NCBI GenBank assembly: GCA_046301955.1
Contig: JBKCJE010000013.1
Span: 334 to 64,333 of the forward strand
DNA: 64,000 bases
Reading direction: 5' to 3'
DNA from: Bacteroidota bacterium
GTDB taxonomy: Bacteria > Bacteroidota > Bacteroidia > NS11-12g > UBA955
Of the stretch, positions 8,861 through 18,882 are shown one piece after another. Within the stretch, counting starts at the first letter, position 1. Each line of letters opens with the position of its first letter. Both the position numbers and the translations under genes were made by a program. The notes under the pieces were generated by a model, which had not been told where the DNA came from, made no database searches, and was given only the letters and a program-made list of their open reading frames with translations.

Positions 8861-8868
8861 CCCTCCTT
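8861..8868 (-). promoter_or_regulatory. Strong Shine-Dalgarno AAGGAGGG upstream of the ECF sigma gene
   Basis: The minus strand reads AAGGAGGGTATTATG. The GGAGG core ends 5 nt before the ATG at 8856. Confidence 0.6.
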
Positions 8869-9011
8869 GCAGGTTAAAAAGTGGTTTTAATAAAGCAAGA
8901 TTTTAGTTGAGTATTTTTCGACTTATAGGCGTTTTGTTTTGATTAACAGCCGTAAAAGAATACTATAAATTTGGTAAATGCAAATTTTTACCACATAAAC
9001 AGCCAAAAAAA

Positions 9012-9932
9012 TTATTTTTTCAATCCATTGATGAAATCTTTGGCCAACATTTTGGGTTTCCCCGCAGGTTGTAATTCCAATATTTCATAATCCCCATCAT
9101 AGAGATGAACAATCAGTTTTTTCTGATTAATTTCAATTCCCGTGGCCTGGTTACTGTTCGATTTTTCCAAACGCCTACCTCTAAACAATTTCATATCGCC
9201 AAAGGTTGTTTTCATCCATGCCCCAGGACTTGGCGATAATCCACGAAGTTTGTTGTGAAACGCTTGCTGATTGAGATCGAAATTCAATTCACAGAAGTCT
9301 CTATTTAATTTCGGTGCAGATCTCACCACTGTGATGTTCGGCTGAGGGTGCGACTGATGCTCGTTATTTTGAATCTTTCGCAGCGTATCCACCATGAGTG
9401 TTGCGCCAATAACCATCATTCTATCATGCAATTCTCCTACGGTCTCTTCCTCACTCACAGCAATTTCCGTCGATGAGATAATATCGCCCGTATCGATTTC
9501 ATGCTTCAAGAAAAAGGTTGTAACTCCAGTGGTCGATTCTCCATTAATAATGGCATGGTGAATGGGTGCAGCACCGCGGTAATTGGGCAAAAGAGATCCA
9601 TGTAAGTTGATAGTCCCCAATCTCGGCATGCTCCAAACTACTTCTGGTAACATCCTGAAGGCAATAACAACGCCCAAATCAGCTTGGTAGTTACTCATTG
9701 TTTCAATAAAATCGGGTGCTTTTAAATTGGGTGGTTGCAATATGGGTATTTTCAATGCCAAAGCCGTTTTCTTTACCGCGCTTTCACTGATTTTTTGGCC
9801 ACGTCCCGCAGGTTTGTCTGCGGCCGTTACTACACAGACAACACTTAGTCCAGCAGCCACTATCGCTTCCAAAGAGGCAGAGGCGAAATCAGGGGTTCCG
9901 AAGAAAATAATCCGAAATGGAGTGACCGACAT
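9012..9932 (-). CDS. fmt: Methionyl-tRNA formyltransferase
   Basis: IIFFGTPDFA...NLHGSLLPNYRGAAPIHHAIINGE is the canonical Fmt sequence. Confidence 0.92.
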   Translation of the reverse strand: MSVTPFRIIFFGTPDFASASLEAIVAAGLSVVCVVTAADKPAGRGQKISESAVKKTALALKIPILQPPNLKAPDFIETMSNYQADLGVVIAFRMLPEVVWSMPRLGTINLHGSLLPNYRGAAPIHHAIINGESTTGVTTFFLKHEIDTGDIISSTEIAVSEEETVGELHDRMMVIGATLMVDTLRKIQNNEHQSHPQPNITVVRSAPKLNRDFCELNFDLNQQAFHNKLRGLSPSPGAWMKTTFGDMKLFRGRRLEKSNSNQATGIEINQKKLIVHLYDGDYEILELQPAGKPKMLAKDFINGLKK

Positions 9933-9936
9933 GACA

Positions 9937-9944
9937 CAAAGATA
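9937..9944 (-). promoter_or_regulatory. -7 box (TATCTTTG on the minus strand) 4 nt upstream of the fmt ATG
   Basis: Exact TAnnTTTG. The spacing implies a leaderless transcript. Confidence 0.5.
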
Positions 9945-10050
9945 ACATTACCCACGGCAACTTGAATGTTGTTATCCCCGTCTATTCATCGAACAAATTG
10001 CAGAAAGCTGCACGAAATCACCGAAATTTGTATTGGGTCCAAAATAACCT

Positions 10051-13000
10051 ATGCCAAAACAATCAACCATACAAGCATTGTATCGTGACATCCTTATGTG
10101 TTTGGTATTTGCTTTGTTGGTTGTATCGGCTCATGCGGCAAGACAACCAGAGTCGAAAATTGGGGAGCCCGTATTTTTTGTTAATCAAGGACAATGGGAG
10201 CAGCAAGTACTGGCAAAAGCACCACTCAATGTGGGTGATTTATGGATTACCCAGCAAGGTTTTATCTTTAACTTACTCGATACTGCCGCTACAGAACGCG
10301 TTCATGATCGGTCAACTGCTATCACCCGTGTGCAAACGCATGCCGTGTTTTTGAAATTTGTAAATCCAAACAAAGGTTTAACCTGTGAATATGATGGCCA
10401 ATTGTCTGAAGCATATTACAATTTCTACAAGGGAAACAAACGCAAGTCTGTTGTAAAGGCCCGAAAATACAGCACCATCCGCGTAAAGAACGTTTGGCCC
10501 GGAATCGACTTGGAAATCATGTCGCACCAAGGCACGATCAAATACAACTGGATATTATCGCCCAATGCAAATGCCGCACAGATTCAATGGCAATACCAAG
10601 GTCATAACCAAATAGAAATCACTGCAAACCACTGTGAAATTCAAACACCCTGGTTGTCATGGCAAGAATCAATCCCCGCGGTATACTGGCAAAACACCCA
10701 ATCAAATGGAATTCAACCCAAAACAGAAGAATCGTTAAGTAATGTAGCCTTCGATGTTGTTTCCACTGTCTCTCAAGGCGATGGGCTAGGTTTTATCAAT
10801 ACCATTACATTTAAAAACATTCCCGATGTCAGAAAGCAAACCTTGGTCATAGATCCCATTTTGGTTTTTAGCACCTACACAGGTTCTCGCGCTGATAATT
10901 TTGGATGCACAGGTACCTATGACGATTTGGGTAATGGATATGCGGGTGGTACCGTGTTTGATATCGGACTTCCAGTCACACCAGGGGCGGCACAATTTGA
11001 TTTTGGGGGCGGGGTAGACGAAGACCTTGGCTATGGGGGCTCCCGTGATGCGGCCATTTTAAAGTTCAATAAAACCGGCGATAAGTTGCTGTACTGTACC
11101 TATTTGGGTGGCTCTAACAACGATCAGCCTCACTCTATGGTTACCGATTCTCTTGAAAATCTTTATGTTATGGGCTCTACCAGAAGCAGTGATTTTCCGG
11201 TGTCTCCCAATGCTTATGATATCACTTTCAATGGCGATTATGATTTTTTTGTCACAAAATTCAATGCGGCAGGCACCAGTATGGTTGGTACTTACGTGGG
11301 TGGTAGTGGTTTAGACGCAGTGGGTGCGGATCGAAGCAATACGCCGGTAGATGATTTTCCGCTGATCTACAATTATGCCGATGAGTTTCGCGGAGAAATT
11401 ATCACTGATCAACAGAATGTGTACATTGCAGGCGTTACATATAGCCTAAATTTTCCCAAAACCGGCACCATGGTTTACAATGGAAAATCGGAAGGAGTGG
11501 TTTTCTCATTAAATAAGCAACTGTCAAGTTTGAATTGGTCTCACACGTTTGGTGGTGGTGGATATGACGCATTGTATGGCGTGGCCTTGGGTAAAGCTTC
11601 CGATGTTTATGTTAGTGGTGGATCTTCCAGTTTAGACCTTCAAGCCAAACTGGGAACAAATTGGTTAAATACCTACATAGGCGGGATTGCCGATGCCATA
11701 TTGCTTCGCCTCGATAAATCGAATGGCTCACTCATTCAAGGGCGATACCATGGCACCAATTTGTATGAACAGGCACATTTTGTACAAACCGGACAGTCGG
11801 GTAGGCCATACATCTACGGCCAGACAGAAGCAAACATGCCCAATGTGAATGCGCGGTTTTATCAAGCGGGCGGTGGACAGTTTATCACGACCTACAGCAA
11901 TGATTTACAGACTGTTGAAATGCAAACCACCTTTGGGTACAATGGCAACAATACCATCATGCCAAACATCAGTCCTAGCGCATTTTTGGTGGATCGATGC
12001 GAGCGCATTTTCGTATCTGGATGGGGTGGTGCAACAAACTCAGCGTTGTATGATGTAAATACATTTGCAACGAAGCAACACAGGAATAAAGGACGCACAA
12101 CAGGTTTACAGACTACAACGGATGCGGCGCAAAAGAACACCGATGGCAGTGATTTTTACATCGCGGTGTTTTCAAAAAACTTTTATTCTTTGGCTTATGC
12201 AACCTTCTTTGGCGGGGTGTCAACCCCAGGAAAACCAGCAGAAGAGCATGTAGATGGCGGGACTTCACGATTCGATGCCAAAGGCATTATCTATCAATCG
12301 GTTTGTGCGGGTTGTCGGCGAAATGGTCTATTCCCAGTAACACCTACGGCATATAGTAGAACCATGAACAGCGATAACTGTAACAATGCGTTGTTTAAGA
12401 TTGATTTTGAGAACTTGAATCTCAAACCACGCTTGAAGGACACATTTGTGCAGGTGATCGCTACGCAGCCCATTAGTTTTCAAATCAAGGGAACGGATCC
12501 CGATCCTTTTGATACCATGTATCTCAAAGTGAAATGGTTAAAGCGAGGCGGTATGTTGGGCAGTGATTCCGCTATTGTTACGTGCACTCCTGGTATCGGA
12601 CAAGCAATTTTGGCATTGAATTGGCCAACCCGCTGTAGCAGTTTTTCTAAGGATACCGCGGATTTGTTGGTCTATGTAATGGATAGGGGCTGTCCGAAAG
12701 CCGATACCACATTCGCTCGAATAAGGATCCTGGTTACCGAACCTCCCAAAGTCATTCCACCTGAAGCGATTTGCGTGAGTTTTGACCGGCAAACGGCCAA
12801 GATGTCGATTGCTTGGGATAACATCACTGTGCCAACGGGCTTCTTTAAGTACTTCTTGTTGCGGAGAACCAATCCTGATGGTACAATCAAGATCCTGGAT
12901 ACCATCTGGGTGAATACCGCCAGCAGCTTTATTGATGCCAATGTGGTAAATCCCAGGGTGAATAATTATTGCTACGAACTCATTGGCGTAAATATCTGCG

Positions 13001-13887
13001 ATGTACAAGTTTTTGCAAAGAATGTCTTTTGTACGGTGAAAGAATTGAATACCCCCATTAATGGTGTCCCTTTGTATACTACAACCATCGTGAATGACCG
13101 ATATGCAGAGGTGCGATGGGCAAAAAGCGACGAGCCTGATTTTAAAGAATACGAATTATACCGTGTACCACGCGGCGGCAAATTTGGATCCGTACCATTA
13201 GCCATACTGACCGATACATTTTACCGCGACTCGAGCTTCGACGTCGACAATATTTCAAACTGTTACCAAATCATGGTGGTAGACCAATGCGGACATGTGA
13301 GTAAGGGAAGCAACGAAGGCTGTAATGTGGTTATTGGTGGTACGGCTACCGAAGCCCCGTATTATTATTTTGATTTGGATTGGCAGGATTATCAAGGTTG
13401 GAGCGATGGTGTAAAAGATTGGAAGTTGGAGCGGAGAGACGACGCGCATCCATTTCAAACCATTGCGCCATCGCTATTGGTACAGGGTTTTCGAGACAAT
13501 CAACTCGATTATGATTGGGGTGGTTATTTGTATCGTGTGACCGCCACCAGAAATCAACTTAGCGCACCTGAACAATCACAGAGTGAAAGCAACTGGATCT
13601 ATTTAATCCAACCGCCAGAAGTTTGGGTACCGAACGCGATTACCCGCAATGGTGATGGTAGAAATGATGTATGGGGCACATTCCCATTGTTCGTGAGAGA
13701 ATACAATATGAAGGTTTTCAATCGTTATGGCGAGAAAATATGGGAGAGTTCCTATAAAAAGAATCAGTGGGACTGTATCTATCGCGCTGAAGAAATCCCC
13801 GATGGCGTATACGCTTGGTATTTGCAATTTTCTGGATGGAATGAAAAGGAATACCGCAAGACTGGGGTAGTGCATGTATTGCACTGA
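10051..13887 (+). CDS. Large secreted protein with SBBP-like beta-propeller repeats and a T9SS type B (gliding-motility-associated) C-terminal sorting domain
   Basis: Signal peptide (LMCLVFALLVVSAHA). Repeated LY(V/I)xGxTxSxDFP-type segments are present. The C-terminus (VPNAITRNGDGRNDVWG...MKVFNRYGEKIWES...DGVYAWYLQF) matches the type B CTD pattern. Confidence 0.8.
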   Translation: MPKQSTIQALYRDILMCLVFALLVVSAHAARQPESKIGEPVFFVNQGQWEQQVLAKAPLNVGDLWITQQGFIFNLLDTAATERVHDRSTAITRVQTHAVFLKFVNPNKGLTCEYDGQLSEAYYNFYKGNKRKSVVKARKYSTIRVKNVWPGIDLEIMSHQGTIKYNWILSPNANAAQIQWQYQGHNQIEITANHCEIQTPWLSWQESIPAVYWQNTQSNGIQPKTEESLSNVAFDVVSTVSQGDGLGFINTITFKNIPDVRKQTLVIDPILVFSTYTGSRADNFGCTGTYDDLGNGYAGGTVFDIGLPVTPGAAQFDFGGGVDEDLGYGGSRDAAILKFNKTGDKLLYCTYLGGSNNDQPHSMVTDSLENLYVMGSTRSSDFPVSPNAYDITFNGDYDFFVTKFNAAGTSMVGTYVGGSGLDAVGADRSNTPVDDFPLIYNYADEFRGEIITDQQNVYIAGVTYSLNFPKTGTMVYNGKSEGVVFSLNKQLSSLNWSHTFGGGGYDALYGVALGKASDVYVSGGSSSLDLQAKLGTNWLNTYIGGIADAILLRLDKSNGSLIQGRYHGTNLYEQAHFVQTGQSGRPYIYGQTEANMPNVNARFYQAGGGQFITTYSNDLQTVEMQTTFGYNGNNTIMPNISPSAFLVDRCERIFVSGWGGATNSALYDVNTFATKQHRNKGRTTGLQTTTDAAQKNTDGSDFYIAVFSKNFYSLAYATFFGGVSTPGKPAEEHVDGGTSRFDAKGIIYQSVCAGCRRNGLFPVTPTAYSRTMNSDNCNNALFKIDFENLNLKPRLKDTFVQVIATQPISFQIKGTDPDPFDTMYLKVKWLKRGGMLGSDSAIVTCTPGIGQAILALNWPTRCSSFSKDTADLLVYVMDRGCPKADTTFARIRILVTEPPKVIPPEAICVSFDRQTAKMSIAWDNITVPTGFFKYFLLRRTNPDGTIKILDTIWVNTASSFIDANVVNPRVNNYCYELIGVNICDVQVFAKNVFCTVKELNTPINGVPLYTTTIVNDRYAEVRWAKSDEPDFKEYELYRVPRGGKFGSVPLAILTDTFYRDSSFDVDNISNCYQIMVVDQCGHVSKGSNEGCNVVIGGTATEAPYYYFDLDWQDYQGWSDGVKDWKLERRDDAHPFQTIAPSLLVQGFRDNQLDYDWGGYLYRVTATRNQLSAPEQSQSESNWIYLIQPPEVWVPNAITRNGDGRNDVWGTFPLFVREYNMKVFNRYGEKIWESSYKKNQWDCIYRAEEIPDGVYAWYLQFSGWNEKEYRKTGVVHVLH

Positions 13888-13897
13888 TGCGTAACTC

Positions 13898-14848
13898 CTA
13901 GTGTGATCGCCCTGAAAGGAAATCCAAAATTTCAGTCAATCCATCGGTTTTAACACCCTGTTCCGTCAATGCAGACAAAATTCTAAGTCCTTCTTGGTTG
14001 TATTCACGGGCTTTTTGCAGAATCAACTGATCCAATCCCATATTTATCCATTGCGATTTTACCGCGATAACGCGCTGTTCATGTTCATACTGCGCAAACC
14101 AAGACGGTGTTTCTGCATTGATTTCACACGATTTGATATACAACCAGGTTTTTTTGCCCTCCATGATATCACCACCAGATACTTTCCCTGTTTTTGAAGC
14201 ATCTCCGAAAGCATCTAAATAATCATCCATCATTTGGAAGCTCATTCCTATGGCGATTGCAAAGTCATATAATCCCTGAACGATTTTATCTTCTGCATTC
14301 GCAACCAATGCTCCGGAAGCTAAGCTACAACCCAACAAAACGGCGGTTTTATTCTGGATCATTTGAAGGTATTCCGCCTCGCTCACTTCGTTCCGCTCGG
14401 CAAAATCCATATCGTCTTGCTGACCTTCACATACTTGGGCAGCCGTTCTAGAAAACAACCTCAAAATCGCATCTTTGCCCTCGCCCTGAAACGCCAATAT
14501 GGATTCATAGGCCTTGACCAACAAATTGTCGCCGGCCAAAATCGCCGTGGGCTCATTCCATTTTTTATGAACCGTAGGCAACCCCCTACGCTGATCTGCC
14601 CTGTCCATGATATCGTCATGTACCAAACTAAAATTGTGAAAAACCTCCATCGCGTGGGCCACTTCAATCGCATGCTCAGCCTCGCTGCCACATGCCTCAG
14701 CACCCGTCATACACAAAATCGGACGTATTCGCTTGCCTCCCAATTCCATGATGTAACGCATGGGTTCATACAAGTTGTTTGGCGCACCCGAAAAAGCATT
14801 TTGATGCAAATAATCAACGTATAAGTTGTGTAGCTTGGCGATACTCAT
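13898..14848 (-). CDS. Polyprenyl diphosphate synthase (trans-isoprenyl diphosphate synthase family)
   Basis: First and second Asp-rich motifs are present (LVHDDIMD, MMDDYLD). The start lies 1 nt after the rnr stop. Confidence 0.85.
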   Translation of the reverse strand: MSIAKLHNLYVDYLHQNAFSGAPNNLYEPMRYIMELGGKRIRPILCMTGAEACGSEAEHAIEVAHAMEVFHNFSLVHDDIMDRADQRRGLPTVHKKWNEPTAILAGDNLLVKAYESILAFQGEGKDAILRLFSRTAAQVCEGQQDDMDFAERNEVSEAEYLQMIQNKTAVLLGCSLASGALVANAEDKIVQGLYDFAIAIGMSFQMMDDYLDAFGDASKTGKVSGGDIMEGKKTWLYIKSCEINAETPSWFAQYEHEQRVIAVKSQWINMGLDQLILQKAREYNQEGLRILSALTEQGVKTDGLTEILDFLSGRSH

Positions 14849-14849
14849 G

Positions 14850-16958
14850 TCAGTCTAACAAATTAAAATCAATAATTCTTTTCTGTGGATCTGTTTTTTT
14901 AACGGAAACCGTCACGGGATCACCCAAATGATAACTGCGCTTCGTTCTCTGTCCTACCAGTTTCTTTTCCGCTTCAAAATACGCAAAACGATCAGTCTTG
15001 ATATCCGTAATTCGAATTAAGCCCTCGCAATGATACTCAGTAGCCATGGCATAAATACCCCATTCTGTAATGCCCGTAATAGTGGCTTCCATCACCTTGC
15101 CAATATGCTGCTCCATCATCAATGCCAACGTGTATTTCGTACTGGCACGCTCGGCCTCTGCAGCCTTCTGCTCCATGTTGCTGCTATGTTTTGCAATCAT
15201 CTCGATTTCAGATTCGCTCGTGCTTGGCTTGGGCGATAATAGATATTGTTGCAACAATCGGTGAACCAATAAATCTGGATAGCGACGGATGGGAGAGGTG
15301 AAGTGTGTGTAAAAATCAAATGCCAATCCAAAATGGTCTGATCGATAGGCTGTGTAAACTGCCTTCGACATGGTTCGGATAGCCATCTGTTGCAACATCT
15401 CCGCACTAGGGTCGTTTGCCGTACGCTCCATCAATTCATTGAAAGACTTACGCATCTGTAACTCATTGTCGATGTTAATCGGATATCCCATCAATTTGCA
15501 AAAACGTGCGAAGTCTAACAACTTATCCTGAGGCGGCAAATCGTGTGAACGATAAATGAATGGCAATTCTGGCTTCTTCAACAATTTTACATGCTTAGCA
15601 ACCGCCTGGTTTGCCATGAGCATGAATGTTTCAATCAGTAAGTGAGCGTCAAAACGGGATTTGACGTAAGATTCTACGGGACGTTTATTCTCGTCGAATT
15701 TGAAACGAATTTCCTTGGATTCAAATCGCAATGCCCCATGTTCAAATCGTATGGCTTCAAAATGCTTTGCGATTTTATTCAATAACAGCAATTCATCAAT
15801 GAAATCACCTTGTTTCGTTTCAATAACGGCTTGGGCTTCCTCATAGGCGAAGCGTCGTTTACTGTTGATGACGGTTTTGCCAAACCACTCGCCGATGATT
15901 TCATATTGAGCGTTTAATGTGAAAATCACACTAAAAGCCAATCGATCTACATGGGGTTTTAGTGAACACAGGTCATTGCTTAATTTTTCTGGTAACATCG
16001 GAATTGTTCGATCAACCAAATAGACGCTCGTTCCACGCATCAAGGCCTCTTTGTCAATGGCCGTTCCCGGAGTGACAAAATGAGAAACATCGGCAATGTG
16101 TACACCCAACAATATATTGCCTTTGGCATCCTTGCCCAAAGAAATCGCATCGTCAAAGTCTTTCGCATCGGCAGGGTCAATGGTGATACAAAATGCATCG
16201 CGCATGTCCGTCCTTTCGCCCCAATCCTTCGATAAAATCTCATTGGGAATAAGATCTGTTTCTTCTAAAACTGCGTCGGGAAACTTTGTGCTAAAACCAA
16301 ACTCCGCAACGATGGCATGCATTTCGGTATCTGCTTCGCCCACCACGCCCAGAATATCCACAATTCTACCCAGCGGATTGCGGCTATTGTGCGGGAAATC
16401 ATATACTTCGATTATGGCTTTGTGTCCATCGTACTTGGGATCAACGCGATCAGTCAGCTTAATGTCCTTCAGCCCATTTTTCTGCAATAGTCCAAAGGCA
16501 TTCTTTTCAAAAACATCCAATATGGCACTGTAGCGTTGGGGGATGCGCTCTAGTAAACCAATCGACTTCACATAGGTGCGTTTGCCTTTGGTTTTGATTT
16601 CGCAACGCACTTTATCGCCAGGGAGCAATTTGCCCACCATGTCGTTGTCCATGTACACCTGTTGTATTTCACCCTCAATATCCATCCGAACATAATAATC
16701 GCCCCGGTTGGAAAGTACGAGTTCGCCTTCTGATTGAACAGTGGGTTGGATGGGAGAGAAGATGCCTTTTGATGGTTCTCGAATCAAGCCGCGATTGGCA
16801 AGCTTGATAAGGGCTTGATGCACCATTTCCTTGGTGAAATTCGCTTCGATTGGAATGCGGGAATGTACTTGATTGGCATTGTAGGCACCCTTGCCTGCAT
16901 TTTCTATTATGGCCAGAACTACGCGCTCTGGGAAGGTGATTTTACTGCGGTTCGACAA
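14850..16958 (-). CDS. rnr: Ribonuclease R (3'-5' exoribonuclease, RNB + S1 domains)
   Basis: RNB catalytic region (ITIDPADAKDFDDAIS, YTHFTSPIRRYPDLLVHR) and a C-terminal S1-like domain. The start is TTG at 16958, so the N-terminus is uncertain. Confidence 0.88.
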   Translation of the reverse strand: MSNRSKITFPERVVLAIIENAGKGAYNANQVHSRIPIEANFTKEMVHQALIKLANRGLIREPSKGIFSPIQPTVQSEGELVLSNRGDYYVRMDIEGEIQQVYMDNDMVGKLLPGDKVRCEIKTKGKRTYVKSIGLLERIPQRYSAILDVFEKNAFGLLQKNGLKDIKLTDRVDPKYDGHKAIIEVYDFPHNSRNPLGRIVDILGVVGEADTEMHAIVAEFGFSTKFPDAVLEETDLIPNEILSKDWGERTDMRDAFCITIDPADAKDFDDAISLGKDAKGNILLGVHIADVSHFVTPGTAIDKEALMRGTSVYLVDRTIPMLPEKLSNDLCSLKPHVDRLAFSVIFTLNAQYEIIGEWFGKTVINSKRRFAYEEAQAVIETKQGDFIDELLLLNKIAKHFEAIRFEHGALRFESKEIRFKFDENKRPVESYVKSRFDAHLLIETFMLMANQAVAKHVKLLKKPELPFIYRSHDLPPQDKLLDFARFCKLMGYPINIDNELQMRKSFNELMERTANDPSAEMLQQMAIRTMSKAVYTAYRSDHFGLAFDFYTHFTSPIRRYPDLLVHRLLQQYLLSPKPSTSESEIEMIAKHSSNMEQKAAEAERASTKYTLALMMEQHIGKVMEATITGITEWGIYAMATEYHCEGLIRITDIKTDRFAYFEAEKKLVGQRTKRSYHLGDPVTVSVKKTDPQKRIIDFNLLD

Positions 16959-16997
16959 TGGATTGATAAAAAAGTGTGTGTGAAATAAAGCGTAAAG

Positions 16998-18344
16998 TTA
17001 CGCATTATTCTTGGCTTCTGTGGGATGGACGTCATCTTCGAAGTAATCCAAATCCTTGTGGAAGGCTTCCTCTACATTGTATGTACCCCAAAAAGCCAAC
17101 ACCAAGCATATCGCACCGATAATCAATGCTGCAACACTAAAATATCTTCCGTCAAAGGATTGACTCACTTGGAATTGATGCGAGAAATACTCGAATCCCA
17201 TGTTGATCAACAACACACCCCCGCGAACAAAATTGGGAACGGTGGCGGCCACCGTGCTTCTAATGTTGGTGCCAAATTGCTCCGATGCATTGGTCACAAA
17301 GATGGCCCAGTAACCCGTTACAGCGCCTAGTGAAAAAGCGATGAAGCGATAATAATTCTGGTCTCCAGTAGGTCCGTATAAATACACCAAGGTCATTGCA
17401 GCAATGCCCATGAGATTGAGGTAAATTACTTTTTTACGACTCTTAAATAGTTGGCTCAATAGTCCGGATAGCAGGTCGCCCGTACTTAAGCCTACATAAC
17501 TCCACATGACCATTTCAGGAGTAGCTACGGAAAATGCTTTAACGGATTCCGCATCCACTTTCACGCCGTTACTGGCCAAAATTTCCGGGAAGAACTTGTG
17601 TGATAGGGCAATTAAAATGCCAACCACGAACCAAACAGGCAATCCAATCACAATACAAGCCAAATATTTGCGGAAGTGGGCTTTGCGAAATAGCATAAAG
17701 AAATTGCCGCGCTTCACATTGGTTGTTGTGGCATTCTCGAACAAAGCGCTTTCAAAGGTCCCAGCGCGCATGAGCAACAGTAAAAGGCCCAAAACGCCCC
17801 CAACGATGTATGCGGTTTGCCAGTTCTCTAATTCTCTTCCCATGATTTGACTCACGATGGTGGTAATGCCTTCGCCATTTTTCGCCACAAAAAAGGCAAA
17901 TACAGCGCCCAATGCGCCAAAGGTTACAATTATCATTGTTCCTATGCCTCGTTTTTCCTTGGGCATCAATTCACTGACAAGGGTAATCGCAGCGCCGAGT
18001 TCACCGGCCAATCCAATACCCGCAAGCAAACGCCAGAATTTGTAGGCCTCGACTGTTGTGACAAACGCATTGGCCACATTTGCCACACTGTAAAGAAGGA
18101 TGGACCCAAACAAAACGCTCACACGTCCTTTCACATCGCCCAAAATACCCCAAATTAAGCCACCTATCAACATGCCCGCCATCTGCCAGCGAAACAAAAC
18201 AGTTTCATACGTATTAACATCGATATTAAGCGATGAAAGACTGTCTTTCTTAATGATATTAAATAAAATTAGGTCGTATATATCCACGAAATACCCCAGC
18301 GAAGCCACAGTAATCAGTAGGGCGATGTTCTTTTTTTGTTTCAT
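16998..18344 (-). CDS. MFS transporter
   Basis: About 12 predicted TM helices and the MFS loop motif GDVKGR. The ATG at 18344 (MKQKKNIALL) overlaps the upstream stop as ATGA. Confidence 0.75.
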   Translation of the reverse strand: MKQKKNIALLITVASLGYFVDIYDLILFNIIKKDSLSSLNIDVNTYETVLFRWQMAGMLIGGLIWGILGDVKGRVSVLFGSILLYSVANVANAFVTTVEAYKFWRLLAGIGLAGELGAAITLVSELMPKEKRGIGTMIIVTFGALGAVFAFFVAKNGEGITTIVSQIMGRELENWQTAYIVGGVLGLLLLLMRAGTFESALFENATTTNVKRGNFFMLFRKAHFRKYLACIVIGLPVWFVVGILIALSHKFFPEILASNGVKVDAESVKAFSVATPEMVMWSYVGLSTGDLLSGLLSQLFKSRKKVIYLNLMGIAAMTLVYLYGPTGDQNYYRFIAFSLGAVTGYWAIFVTNASEQFGTNIRSTVAATVPNFVRGGVLLINMGFEYFSHQFQVSQSFDGRYFSVAALIIGAICLVLAFWGTYNVEEAFHKDLDYFEDDVHPTEAKNNA

Positions 18345-18835
18345 GATAGGATGATTTCCAAAGAACGACAAAATTTCTCTAATTCAATTTGATCCAAGGT
18401 ATCGAAATGCGCCAAATGTTCACTGTCAACATCCAAAACACCCCAAAATGAACCATCTTTTCGCCACAATGGCACAACGATTTCACTTTTGCTCGCTGCG
18501 CTACAGGCAATGTGTCCGGGGAATGATTCTACATCCTCGACAAGCAAAGTGCGACTTTCTTTCCAACTCGTGCCGCAGACGCCTTTTCCATACCCGATGG
18601 TGGTGCAGGCCACAGGTCCTTGAAAAGGTCCCAGTACAAGAGAATCATTGATTTTTCGATAAAAGCCAATCCACCACCAACCAAAAGCCTCTTTGAGCAA
18701 CGCGCAAGCATTGGCCAAATTGGCGACGGCATCTACCGATGGATCCATCAAGCCCGTCCATTGAGTATGTATTTTTTCGTATTTCTGCGCTTTGGAAAGT
18801 TCATCCCAGTGCATCGGGTTCATGTTAACACTCAT
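18341..18835 (-). CDS. GAF domain protein (free methionine-(R)-sulfoxide reductase-like, YebR/MsrC family)
   Basis: GFYRK...LVLGPFQGPVACTTIGYGKGVCG...VEDVESFPGHIACSAASKSEIVVPL is typical of this GAF family. ATG at 18835 was preferred over TTG at 18880. Confidence 0.7.
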   Translation of the reverse strand: MSVNMNPMHWDELSKAQKYEKIHTQWTGLMDPSVDAVANLANACALLKEAFGWWWIGFYRKINDSLVLGPFQGPVACTTIGYGKGVCGTSWKESRTLLVEDVESFPGHIACSAASKSEIVVPLWRKDGSFWGVLDVDSEHLAHFDTLDQIELEKFCRSLEIILS

Positions 18836-18882
18836 GACTGCGAAATAAGCCGATTTATGGGATTTCTGCGCTAATGGCAAAG

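Noticed and set aside
9941-9976. Inverted repeat GATAACA ... TGTTATC in the fmt / T9SS divergent region
   Set aside because: It has only a 7-bp stem with a 22-nt spacer and no flanking T-tract or second copy. This is within chance expectation for AT-leaning intergenic DNA.
9962-10354. 130 aa ORF upstream of and overlapping the start of the 1278 aa T9SS gene
   Set aside because: It has a TTG start and a Cys/Trp/Tyr-rich translation with no domain. It overlaps, in a different frame, the signal-peptide region of the long gene that starts at the ATG at 10051.
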